From NCBI GenBank assembly GCA_965223505.1, contig CBDCWP010000039.1, forward strand, positions 128,001 through 192,000: 64,000 nt of DNA. The letters are read 5' to 3'. The notes beneath the pieces are model-generated. The model did not search any database. It was not told the origin of the DNA and saw nothing but the letters and a program-made list of their open reading frames with translations. This DNA comes from Planctomycetota bacterium. Lineage in GTDB: Bacteria > Planctomycetota > PLA2 > JAEUHO01. Position numbers and translations under genes: made by a program. This document shows positions 1 through 10,421 of this stretch, piece by piece (within the stretch, counting starts at the first letter, position 1; each line of letters begins with the position of its first letter).

Positions 1-540
1 CTCCTCGCGTTCATCGGTGCGCTCGTCGGGCCGGCGTGGTCGCTCTTCGCGCTCGTGCTCGGGTGTCTCGGCGGCGCGTTCATCGGCGGCCTCATCGTCG
101 CCATCGGCAAGCGCCGGCCGATCCGTCTGTCGCTGCGCGTGACCGGAGACGGCATCGACGAGTCGTTCTCCGCGGCGTTCGTGCGCGACCAGGTGCTGCG
201 CGTGCATGCAACCGACACGGCCGAGGAGGGAGCCAACGTGCGGTTGGAGATGGTGCTGCCCGCCGCGAAAGTGCTCGAAGACGAAGACGCGCAGGTCAAC
301 GTGAAAGGGCGCGTTCGGTCGTCGCGCCCCGCGGGCGACGGTCACGAGTGGCAGATCGAGGTGCGCAAGGCCAAGGAGATCGATCGCGAGCGGCTGCACT
401 TCTTCGCCAGCTCGTACCGGTACATCCCCTTCGGCCCGTTCCTCTCGCTCGGCGGCGCGCTGTTGTTGCTGTGGGGCGCCCACATCGCGTGGTTCATCGT
501 CGAGGGCTATCCGCGCATGGCACAGGGGCTCTTCAAGTAG
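1..540 (+). CDS. pilD: Prepilin peptidase (A24 family), 3' part, with a PilZ-like insertion; runs off the window start
   Basis: Frame 1 is open from base 1 (LLAFIGALVGPAWSLFALVLGCLGGAFIGG...). It has the C-terminal IPFGPFL motif of A24 peptidases and lies upstream of pil genes. Confidence 0.8.
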   Translation, partial: LLAFIGALVGPAWSLFALVLGCLGGAFIGGLIVAIGKRRPIRLSLRVTGDGIDESFSAAFVRDQVLRVHATDTAEEGANVRLEMVLPAAKVLEDEDAQVNVKGRVRSSRPAGDGHEWQIEVRKAKEIDRERLHFFASSYRYIPFGPFLSLGGALLLLWGAHIAWFIVEGYPRMAQGLFK

Positions 541-942
541 CGATTGCCGACCGAAGGAAGGGGGAGGGGGGGCGCAACGCGCGCCCCGCGTTCACGCCGC
601 GCGGTCGAGTGCGGCGCGTCCGTCCCCCTCGGCGTCTAGACTCTTGCACGCCGCAAAGCCCCCGAAGTGCCACAGTCGGTTGTGGGGCAACGCGCTTTTT
701 CATGCCACATCTTGTATTTTCACCTTGACGCTTCCAGCACGCGGTAGTTGAATCGCTAGCGTTCAGGTGACGTCGGTCGTGTGAGAGGGAGCCGCCCGCG
801 CGCGGGCCGCCCGTCGCCGTTTCCTCCGACTGCGCCCCCTTGTCCGGGTGGCGTGGCCGAGGGCCACGGTTGGACGTTCCAGCGCTCCCTCGTGGATTCC
901 TGCCGGGATCCTCCGAACCCCGACGGACCGCTCGGAGGGTCT

Positions 943-1857
943 ATGCGTCGTATCTTGCAGGGTCGTTTCTCTTTCCACGCACTGGGATCTCTTCTCGTCG
1001 CCGTGAGCCTCGTCTTGCTCACGACCGGCTGCTCCGCCTCGCGCTCGGTGAACCGCGCCAAGGTGCTCGAGGCCGAGAACATCGACTTGCGCCAGCGGGC
1101 GGACTTGCTCGAGGGGCAGGTCCGCGACGCGCACGCCGGGCAGGACCACGCCGTGGCGCAGGTGCAGGAGCTGCAGGCGCAGAAGGCCTCCTTGGAAGAC
1201 CAGGCGGCAAACGCCAGCACCGAGGCGAGCAACGCGCTGGCGCGGCTGAACGAGATCGAGGGCGACCTGTCGGCCGCCGAGCGCGAGCGCGACGCGCTGC
1301 GGCGCAAGGTCGCCGACCTGAACCGTCGTCCGCCGGCGCCCGCGCCGCGTCCCGCGGTTCGGCCCGGACCCCGTGACGCGTACACGGCGAGTCCCGAGCT
1401 CACCGCGCTGCAGCGCGATCTGCAGCAGCGGCTGAGCGCCGCCGGCGTGCGCGGCTTGCCGGTCGAGGTGCGCACCGCCGCCGACGGCACGCGCCGGGTC
1501 GCCGTCGTGCTGCAGGACGCCTTCCCGAGCGGCAAGGCGACGCTCGCCTACAACGCCGACGCCGTGAAGGCCGTCATCGGGCTCGGCAAGATGGTGCAGG
1601 ACAACTACCCGGGCAGCCGCATCGCCATCGAGGGGCATACGGACAGCGATCCGATTCGCAAGTCGTCGTGGGGCACCAACGAGAACCTCTCGCGGGCCCG
1701 CGCCGACGCGGTCAAGCGCTTGTTGACGAACACCGGCCTGCCGTCGAACCAGATTTCGATTTCCGGCCGCGGCGCAGATCAGCCCTTGGCGCGGGGCAAC
1801 TCCCGTCGTGCCAAGAGCCAGAACCGTCGCGTCGAGCTGTTCATCAGCCCGCGCTGA
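943..1857 (+). CDS. OmpA/MotB-family peptidoglycan-binding lipoprotein with coiled coil
   Basis: GGAGG RBS before ATG 943; lipobox LTTGC; coiled coil; C-terminal F-SG-A..IEGHTDSDPI..N..LS.ARA..NRRVEL. Confidence 0.85.
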   Translation: MRRILQGRFSFHALGSLLVAVSLVLLTTGCSASRSVNRAKVLEAENIDLRQRADLLEGQVRDAHAGQDHAVAQVQELQAQKASLEDQAANASTEASNALARLNEIEGDLSAAERERDALRRKVADLNRRPPAPAPRPAVRPGPRDAYTASPELTALQRDLQQRLSAAGVRGLPVEVRTAADGTRRVAVVLQDAFPSGKATLAYNADAVKAVIGLGKMVQDNYPGSRIAIEGHTDSDPIRKSSWGTNENLSRARADAVKRLLTNTGLPSNQISISGRGADQPLARGNSRRAKSQNRRVELFISPR

Positions 1858-1999
1858 ACGAGAGAGAGGGTTTTTTCCGTTGCAGTGGTCGCCCCCTTCC
1901 CGGGGGGCTGAGCCGATGGCTCACCTTCGCAGGTGATCGACCGGCGACATGCTCCGGCGACCGCTGTAACGGGGTTTCGGTTCCTAGGAGGGTCGTTCG

Positions 2000-2842
2000 A
2001 TGAGACAGCTGGTTTACCTCACGGTGCTCGCACTGGTGCTCGCCCCGGCATTCGGCGGTTGCCGCAGCAAGCCGAAGCGCGGATGCAACACGTGCGCTGC
2101 GCCCAACACGATTGCCCAGGCCCCGGGTGGCTACATTCCGCCCCAGGCACCCGGCTTCGGTTCCGCCGACGTGATCGCGGACGGCGTTCCCGCGCCGTCG
2201 CCCGCGCCGGGACCGACGGAGGCGGAGATCACGGCGCTGCACGATCAGATCCAGACCGAGCAGAGCCGCCGGATGGAGGTCGAGCGCGATCGCGCCGAAG
2301 CCGCCGCGCGCCTGAGCGAGGCGGAGGCCGAGATCGAGCGGCTGAAGGATCAGATCGCGTCGCCGATCATGCCCCCCGAGCCGGTGCCGAACTACGACAT
2401 GCCGCCGGCGTCCACGCCCGCCTCCGACTTCGCGGACCGCATGCGTGCCACCGGCGCGCTCGAGATCGTGCAGACCGGCCAGACCGTGACGCTTCGGCTC
2501 TCCGACGCGTTCCGCCCCGGCTCTGACAAGCTGCGCGGCGACACGCGCCTGATCAACGCGTTGCGCAGCGCCGCCGACGCGCTGAACCAGAACCCCGGGG
2601 CTACGATCGCCGTCGTCGGCCACTCCGACACCACGCCGATCAAGAAGAGCTCCTGGGCCAACAACACGGCCCTCTCGCTGGCGCGAGCAAAGACCGTGGC
2701 CGGGCTGCTGGCCGACGCCGGCGTGCCCGCGAACCGCGTGGCCGTCGACGGTCGCGGTGAGTTCGAGCCGCTGGTCAGCCCCGAGCGGACCGCCGGCGAT
2801 CGCGCCCGCAACCGCCGGGTCGAGATCGAGGTGCGGTTCTAG
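2000..2842 (+). CDS. Second OmpA/MotB-family lipoprotein
   Basis: AGGAGG RBS; lipobox FGGC; short coiled coil; VVGHSDTTPI..NTALSLARA..NRRVEI. Confidence 0.85.
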   Translation: MRQLVYLTVLALVLAPAFGGCRSKPKRGCNTCAAPNTIAQAPGGYIPPQAPGFGSADVIADGVPAPSPAPGPTEAEITALHDQIQTEQSRRMEVERDRAEAAARLSEAEAEIERLKDQIASPIMPPEPVPNYDMPPASTPASDFADRMRATGALEIVQTGQTVTLRLSDAFRPGSDKLRGDTRLINALRSAADALNQNPGATIAVVGHSDTTPIKKSSWANNTALSLARAKTVAGLLADAGVPANRVAVDGRGEFEPLVSPERTAGDRARNRRVEIEVRF

Positions 2843-2942
2843 TCCGACGCGTCGACGCCGCGCGCCCGCGCCCGTAGGCGCGGGCGGTCGAAGGGCCACG
2901 AAACCACGCTTCCGGTCCCTCCCAGGCCCGGAACGCCTGCCT

Positions 2943-2977
2943 GCGCCGGGCGGCTTGCAAGCCGTCCGGCGCTTTTT
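2943..2977 (+). terminator. Rho-independent terminator after the ompA-like pair
   Basis: Stem GCGCCGGGCGGCT / AGCCGTCCGGCGC with a 4-nt loop, followed by TTTTT. Confidence 0.7.
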
Positions 2978-3059
2978 CGTCGTGTCGCCCACACGCCACT
3001 AGCAACGCGCGAACGAACGCACCCGGGCACGCTTCTGCGGCGGGTTGTCGGGGCGATGT

Positions 3060-3089
3060 TCAAGATTCTGGCCGTTGCCTGTCGATAGG
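3060..3089 (+). promoter_or_regulatory. Putative sigma28-like promoter of pilT-pilB-pilC
   Basis: TCAAG-N16-GTCGATAGG; the same motif and spacing recur before both pilins. Confidence 0.6.
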
Positions 3090-3138
3090 GCACCACCTGT
3101 ACCGGAGACACGCGGTGTGTCCCAGCGAGGTGGTGGAC

Positions 3139-4221
3139 ATGACGGAAAACGGTTCCAGCGTAACGATCGAGGAGCTTCTGCAGATCCTGGTGGATCGCAA
3201 CGGCTCCGATCTGCACCTCTCCGCGGGCTCTCCACCGAAGGTCAGGGTTGACGGTCGGCTCTACAACACCGAACACCCCGTGCTCAAGCCCGACGCGGCC
3301 AAGAACCTCATCTACTCGTTCTTGACGGGTGACCAGATCGCCCGGTTCGAGAAGGAGTACGAACTGGACATGTCGTTCGGCGTCGAGGGCTTCGGGCGCT
3401 TCCGTGTGAACGTCTTCTACCAGCGCGGCTCGATCGCGGCCGTCTTGCGCATGATCCCGGCGGTGGTGCGCGGGTTCGAGGATCTCGGGCTGCCGCGCAC
3501 GATCTGCGAGCAGGTTGCCGGCCTTCCCCGCGGCCTCGTGCTCGTGACCGGCGCCACGGGTAGCGGTAAGTCGACGACGCTGGCGGCGATGCTCGACTTC
3601 ATCAACGAGACGCGCGCCGACCACGTGCTCACAGTCGAGGACCCGATCGAGTTCCTGCACCGGAACAAGGGCTGCCTCTTCAACCAGCGCGAGATCGGCT
3701 CGGACACGAAGGGCTTCGGCCCGGCGCTTCGAAGCGCGCTGCGTGAAGACCCCGACGTCGTGCTCGTCGGTGAGATGCGCGACATGGAGACGATCGAGGC
3801 GGCGTTGACGATCGCCGAGACCGGTCACCTCACGTTCGGCACGCTGCACACCAGCGATTGCGTGCAGTCGATCAACCGCATCATCGACGTCTTCCCGTCG
3901 CACCAGCAGCAGCAGATCCGTACGCAACTCTCGTTCACGCTGCAGTCGGTGTTTTGCCAGCAGCTCGTGCCGACGTCCACCGGCGTCGGTCGTGCGCTCG
4001 CTCTCGAAGTGATGATCGCGAACTCCGCGGTCCGCTCGCTCATCCGCGACGACAAGGCGCACCAGATCTACAGCATCATCCAGACGGGCGGAAAGCTCGG
4101 GATGAAGACGATGAACCAGAGCCTCGGCGACCTGGTGCGGAGCAGCGTGATCACATTCGATCAGGCCGCCAACTACTCCAGTGACATCGAGGATCTCAAG
4201 CGCACTCTGGCGCGCGGGTAG
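3139..4221 (+). CDS. pilT: Type IV pilus retraction ATPase PilT
   Basis: GSDLHL, Walker A GATGSGKST, EDPIEF, LREDPDVVLVGEMRD, GHLTFGTLH, and AVRSLIRD (AIRNLIRE-like). Confidence 0.95.
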   Translation: MTENGSSVTIEELLQILVDRNGSDLHLSAGSPPKVRVDGRLYNTEHPVLKPDAAKNLIYSFLTGDQIARFEKEYELDMSFGVEGFGRFRVNVFYQRGSIAAVLRMIPAVVRGFEDLGLPRTICEQVAGLPRGLVLVTGATGSGKSTTLAAMLDFINETRADHVLTVEDPIEFLHRNKGCLFNQREIGSDTKGFGPALRSALREDPDVVLVGEMRDMETIEAALTIAETGHLTFGTLHTSDCVQSINRIIDVFPSHQQQQIRTQLSFTLQSVFCQQLVPTSTGVGRALALEVMIANSAVRSLIRDDKAHQIYSIIQTGGKLGMKTMNQSLGDLVRSSVITFDQAANYSSDIEDLKRTLARG

Positions 4222-4229
4222 GAGACCCC

Positions 4230-5957
<1,728 letters not shown>

Positions 5958-5990
5958 ACCCGCAGGAAGAGAGCCAGAGGCCAGACTCCC

Positions 5991-7304
5991 ATGCCGAACT
6001 TCAAGTACAGCGCAGTCGGAACCGACGGACGGACGATTCGTGGAACGCTCGACGCGCCGTCGCAGGGCGATTGTCTCGAAGAGCTGCGCCGCCGCAGCCT
6101 CATGCCGCTGCGCGTGGAGGAGAAGTCCGGCGGCAAGAAGCCGGCCGCCTCGGCCCCGAGCTCGTCCAACGGCGCGCCCGCACCCATCACGAAGCCGCTG
6201 GCGCAGAGCAAGCACAAGGGCGGTGGCCTGTTGTCCATGGACATCGGCGGCACGCGGCCGGGCGTTCGGAAGAAGGAAGAGATCGTCATCTTCACGCGCC
6301 AGCTCGCGACGATGATCACGGCCGGCATTCCGATTCTCGAGTCGCTCGAGATCCTGGAAGAGCAGGCGCAGTCTCGCAACTTCGCCATGCTGCTCGAGCT
6401 CGTGGTCGAGGACGTTCGCAGCGGTCAAGACCTGAGCACGGCGTTCGCGAAGCACCCCAAGGTCTTCACCGACGTCTACGTCAGCATGATCCGGGCCGGT
6501 GAAGCATCCGGTCAGATCGACGAGATCCTTCTGCGGCTCGCGGACTACATGGAGGCCACGGCACGGCTCAAGCGCGACATCAAGAGCGCGATGACCTACC
6601 CCTGCGTCTCGATGGTGATGATCCTGGGCATCACCGCGTTCCTGATGATCGGGATCGTGCCGAAGTTCAAGGAGGTGTTCGCCTCGCTCGACGTCGAGCT
6701 GCCCGGGCTCACCCTCGGCATCCTGGCCGCCTCCGACTTCGCCGTCGAGAACTGGGGTTTGATGATCCTCGGCGGGTTCCTCCTGGTGATGCTCATCATC
6801 ATCTGGAAGAAGACGGAACGAGGAAGTTGGCAGTGGGACTGGCTGATGCTGCATCTGCCCGTGTTCGGTAACCTGTTCCAGAAGGTGGGTCTGTCGCGTT
6901 TCTCGAAGACGTTCGCGACCATGTTGAAAAGCGGCGTGCCGATTCTCGGCGCGCTCGAGATCGTCGCGGACACGGCTGGTAACAGGCTCATCAGCGGCGC
7001 CGTGCTCGACGCGCGCGAGAACGTTCGCCAGGGTGAGAGCCTCGCGCCGCCGCTGGCCGCGAGCCCCGTCTTCCCCCCGATGGTGACGCGCATGGTCGGC
7101 ATCGGCGAGAAGACCGGCTCGCTCGAGACACTGCTCGAGAAGATCTCCGAGTTCTACGACGAACAGGTCCGTGCGACGGTCAAGCAACTCACGAGCCTGA
7201 TCGAGCCGATCATGATCGCCGTCATGGGCGTCATGGTGGGCACGATCTGCCTCGCGGTGTTCCTGCCGATCTTCGAGCTGCAAAAGCAGCTGGCGGCGCG
7301 GTAG
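5991..7304 (+). CDS. pilC: Type IV pilus platform protein PilC (GspF family)
   Basis: FTRQLATM, AGEASG, IKSAMTYP, GEKTG, LIEP; three TM segments. Confidence 0.95.
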   Translation: MPNFKYSAVGTDGRTIRGTLDAPSQGDCLEELRRRSLMPLRVEEKSGGKKPAASAPSSSNGAPAPITKPLAQSKHKGGGLLSMDIGGTRPGVRKKEEIVIFTRQLATMITAGIPILESLEILEEQAQSRNFAMLLELVVEDVRSGQDLSTAFAKHPKVFTDVYVSMIRAGEASGQIDEILLRLADYMEATARLKRDIKSAMTYPCVSMVMILGITAFLMIGIVPKFKEVFASLDVELPGLTLGILAASDFAVENWGLMILGGFLLVMLIIIWKKTERGSWQWDWLMLHLPVFGNLFQKVGLSRFSKTFATMLKSGVPILGALEIVADTAGNRLISGAVLDARENVRQGESLAPPLAASPVFPPMVTRMVGIGEKTGSLETLLEKISEFYDEQVRATVKQLTSLIEPIMIAVMGVMVGTICLAVFLPIFELQKQLAAR

Positions 7305-7424
7305 GCGCGTTCGCGGTAGCAATCAGGCATGCGCGGCCTGCGAGGCCGCCCGAGGACGAAGTTCATGGGCATGCACCTTCCTGCACCTACAGTGGCAGGC
7401 TGCACGCAGGCTTCAGGACCAACC

Positions 7425-8327
7425 ATGGCGGACGCACCCGACCTACCGTGGCGCAAGCGGCGCCCCATCTTCTCGCGCGTCGTGCTGTACGTACTCGGCG
7501 GGACCCTCATCGCGGTCGTGCTCGTGCTCTGGTCGAACCGGCGCGACGTGGACGACGCCGATGCGCTCGCGGCAAAGCGGGCGGAGCTCGATTCGCTGGA
7601 CATCGTCTTCCTGGCCGATCCCTCGGGTGAGGCGACGTTGCGGGTCCTCGACGAGCGATTCGACGATCCGTCGTTTCCGGTCGACATGCGCGGTCGGGTG
7701 TTGCGCTGGCGTGCGCTGGCCCTGCGCAAGCAAGACGCCCACGACGAGGTCGACGCGATGCTGGAGGAAGCGCTGCGGCTCGACCTGCCGCTGCGCGAGC
7801 GTGGCGCGCTACTCCTCGAGTGGGCCGAGGCCCTGACGCAACGCGGCGAGCCGAAGCGGGCGCTGGAGGTCCTGGCCATGGAAGGCCAGGTCGAGGACGG
7901 GCCGTTGGGCATCTTGCGCGCGCGGGAGCTCGCGGTCGCGAAGTCGGAGGTCGATGGGGTCGCGGAGACGGCCCGCGTCCTCGAGGCAGCGTTGTCCGAG
8001 TTGCCTCGCCCGGCGCCGGAGACTCCGGTCGACTACGCCGGCGGACGAAGCTGGACCACAGCGCAGGCTGCGACGGTCGCGACGCAGACCCTGATGAAGG
8101 CTGTCGAAAACCCTGACAACGTAGCGCCGTGGGTTCGTCTGAGGGCGCTTGCCCCCGGCGACCTGCGCGCGCAGCTCGCCTGTGCAGAGGGCCTGATGGC
8201 CGCCGGACGCGAAGACGCCGCCTGGCGCGCGTGGCAACACGCGGTGCGCCTCGACGCCGACGAGGCCAACGGACTTGCTGACAAGTCACCAACACTGCAG
8301 GCCGTACGCGATCTGAAGAAAAAATGA
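7425..8327 (+). CDS. Hypothetical membrane-anchored helical (TPR-like) protein
   Basis: N-terminal TM followed by Ala/Leu/Glu/Arg-rich helical sequence; start codon uncertain. Confidence 0.6.
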   Translation: MADAPDLPWRKRRPIFSRVVLYVLGGTLIAVVLVLWSNRRDVDDADALAAKRAELDSLDIVFLADPSGEATLRVLDERFDDPSFPVDMRGRVLRWRALALRKQDAHDEVDAMLEEALRLDLPLRERGALLLEWAEALTQRGEPKRALEVLAMEGQVEDGPLGILRARELAVAKSEVDGVAETARVLEAALSELPRPAPETPVDYAGGRSWTTAQAATVATQTLMKAVENPDNVAPWVRLRALAPGDLRAQLACAEGLMAAGREDAAWRAWQHAVRLDADEANGLADKSPTLQAVRDLKKK

Positions 8328-8337
8328 GTCATTGCGC

Positions 8338-8367
8338 TCAAGTTCGCGCGAACGCTCCGTCGATAGG
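8338..8367 (+). promoter_or_regulatory. Putative sigma28-like promoter of pilin 1
   Basis: TCAAG-N16-GTCGATAGG. Confidence 0.6.
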
Positions 8368-8547
8368 AGCCGCGGATCATCGGGTTCACCCACCCGTGGT
8401 CTGGGAGTCGGCCGCGTCCCTTCGGACGCCGAGTTCCCGCGATTTTGACGGCCCGTGAAATCGTGGGAACTCCTTGGCGGCACGTGCCGCCGACAGGCCG
8501 GGTCTCGAGTACGGGCCGAGAACCCGGTTATTTCCCAAGGAGGACAC

Positions 8548-9225
8548 ATGTCCCGTAAGCAGAGTGGTTTCACGCTCATCGAGCTGATGATCGTGATCGC
8601 GATCATCGCGATTATCGCCGCGATCGCCATTCCGAACCTGTTGGCTGCCCGTTTGAGCGCCAATGAGACGGCCGCGATCGCAACCCTCCGTAACATCATC
8701 TCCGCTCAGGCGCAGTTCCAGCAGAGCGGTAAGGCCGACGTCGACGACGACGGCACGGGTGAGTACGGCGGTTTCGTTGAGATGTCCGGTGGTGGCGCAG
8801 GCCGCATGGCGTTGATTCTGGTTCCCCCGGTCCTTTCGGGTGCGTTCCAGACGCTCAACGGCGTCGGCGAAGTCAGCCGCTCGGGCTACTTCTTCCGCAT
8901 CTTCCTTCCCGACGACAACGGCGCCGGCGTCCCGGAGCCCCAGGCTGGGTACCCGGCCGGTGGCGGCACGATCAACAGCGATCTGGCCGAGACGACCTGG
9001 TGTGCCTACGCGCATCCCGTCAACTACAACCAGTCCGGTAACCGCACGTTCTTCACCAACCAGGGTGGCGACGTGATCGGAACGGAGCTCGCCGCGTACT
9101 CCGGTACGGGCAACGGCCCCCTCGCCGACGCCGCCTTCCAGGCCGCGGGCACGATCACCGGTTCCGTGGACATCGGTGGGAACGGTCAGGACGGCGCTGG
9201 TAACACCTGGAAGCAGATCAACTAG
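8548..9225 (+). CDS. pilA: Type IV pilin, copy 1
   Basis: AAGGAGG RBS; MSRKQSG/FTLIELMIVIAIIAIIAAIAIPNL class III signal with Glu+5; DVDDDGTGEYG loop. Confidence 0.9.
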   Translation: MSRKQSGFTLIELMIVIAIIAIIAAIAIPNLLAARLSANETAAIATLRNIISAQAQFQQSGKADVDDDGTGEYGGFVEMSGGGAGRMALILVPPVLSGAFQTLNGVGEVSRSGYFFRIFLPDDNGAGVPEPQAGYPAGGGTINSDLAETTWCAYAHPVNYNQSGNRTFFTNQGGDVIGTELAAYSGTGNGPLADAAFQAAGTITGSVDIGGNGQDGAGNTWKQIN

Positions 9226-9303
9226 TAGCCTCTACCAAACAGCTCCGCCTTCGGGCGGAGACGAAGAAGGCCGCGGTGCGAACCGCGGCCTTTTTCAATT
9301 CTG
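8565..9303 (+). repeat. 739-bp direct repeat, copy 1 (pilin body plus terminator)
   Basis: Matches 9591..10329 at an offset of 1026 with 8 mismatches by manual comparison. Confidence 0.95.
9243..9295 (+). terminator. Double hairpin / intrinsic terminator after pilin 1
   Basis: CTCCGCC-TTCG-GGCGGAG, then AAGGCCGCGGT-GCGA-ACCGCGGCCTT followed by a T run. Confidence 0.85.
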
Positions 9304-9417
9304 TTCGCACCGCGTGGCTTCGTTGGATGGCAACAGCGTCCTAACGTCTCATCCGAACCGTCTCGCCTGGTGCCATCGAGGAGGGTGCGGTGTAAGCGGC
9401 GACGTGGACTACAGGGC

Positions 9418-9447
9418 TTTAGTTGTCTGTTCCCAAGGGTCGATAGG
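9418..9447 (+). promoter_or_regulatory. Putative sigma28-like promoter of pilin 2
   Basis: TTTAG-N16-GTCGATAGG; same spacing as the other two copies. Confidence 0.55.
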
Positions 9448-9573
9448 TTCTGTGCGCCGAAGCGCCCCCCCTGGCCGCCGCCGTGAGGCGGAGGCGATCG
9501 GAAGTCCCTTCGGCGCGATGATCCCCATCGCCCTTTTTTTTCGAGGAGCTCGGCTCCTCAGGAGTTCCCAAAC

Positions 9574-10251
9574 ATGATTCGCAAGCAATCTGGTTTCACG
9601 CTCATCGAGCTGATGATCGTGATCGCGATCATCGCGATTATCGCCGCGATCGCCATTCCGAACCTGTTGGCTGCCCGTTTGAGCGCCAACGAGACGGCCG
9701 CGATCGCGACCCTCCGCAACATCATCTCCGCTCAGGCGCAGTTCCAGCAGAGCGGTAAGGCCGACGTCGACGACGACGGCACGGGTGAGTACGGCGGTTT
9801 CGTTGAGATGTCCGGTGGTGGCGCAGGCCGCATGGCGTTGATTCTGGTTCCCCCGGTCCTTTCGGGTGCGTTCCAGACGCTCAACGGCGTCGGCGAAGTC
9901 AGCCGCTCGGGCTACTTCTTCCGCATCTTCCTTCCCGACGACAACGGCGCCGGCGTCCCGGAGCCCCAGACTGGGTACCCGGCCGGTGGCGGCACGATCA
10001 ACAGCGATCTGGCCGAGACGACCTGGTGTGCCTACGCGCATCCCGTCAACTACAACCAGTCCGGTAACCGCACGTTCTTCACCAACCAGGGTGGCGACGT
10101 GATCGGAACGGAGCTCGCCGCGTACTCCGGTACGGGCAACGGCCCCCTCGCCGACGCCGCCTTCCAGGCCCCGAACGCGATCACCGGTTCCGTGGACATC
10201 GGTGGGAACGGTCAGGACGGCGCTGGTAACACCTGGAAGCAGATCAACTAG
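9574..10251 (+). CDS. pilA: Type IV pilin, copy 2
   Basis: MIRKQSG/FTLIELM...; the mature protein differs from copy 1 at 4 residues (A>T; AGT>PNA). Confidence 0.9.
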   Translation: MIRKQSGFTLIELMIVIAIIAIIAAIAIPNLLAARLSANETAAIATLRNIISAQAQFQQSGKADVDDDGTGEYGGFVEMSGGGAGRMALILVPPVLSGAFQTLNGVGEVSRSGYFFRIFLPDDNGAGVPEPQTGYPAGGGTINSDLAETTWCAYAHPVNYNQSGNRTFFTNQGGDVIGTELAAYSGTGNGPLADAAFQAPNAITGSVDIGGNGQDGAGNTWKQIN

Positions 10252-10329
10252 TAGCCTCTACCAAACAGCTCCGCCTTCGGGCGGAGACGAAGAAGGCCGC
10301 GGTGCGAACCGCGGCCTTTTTCAATTCTG
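9591..10329 (+). repeat. 739-bp direct repeat, copy 2
   Basis: Near-identical to 8565..9303. Confidence 0.95.
10269..10321 (+). terminator. Double hairpin / intrinsic terminator after pilin 2
   Basis: Identical to 9243..9295. Confidence 0.85.
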
Positions 10330-10421
10330 CGAAGCCGCGAATGGGGAAACACCCGCAGGTCGACGACGCCTACCCACACAGGTGACTCGGACAGCGCCGA
10401 GATGCGAGGTACGCTCCCCGC

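Noticed and set aside
943..2842. Flagellar stator MotB call
   Set aside because: Both proteins have lipoboxes rather than the MotB TM with its conserved Asp, and no motA is adjacent.
8565..10329. Pilin duplication as a DGR template/variable repeat pair
   Set aside because: Mismatches are not confined to adenines of one copy (T/C, G/C and both A/G directions), both copies are full genes, and no reverse transcriptase is present.
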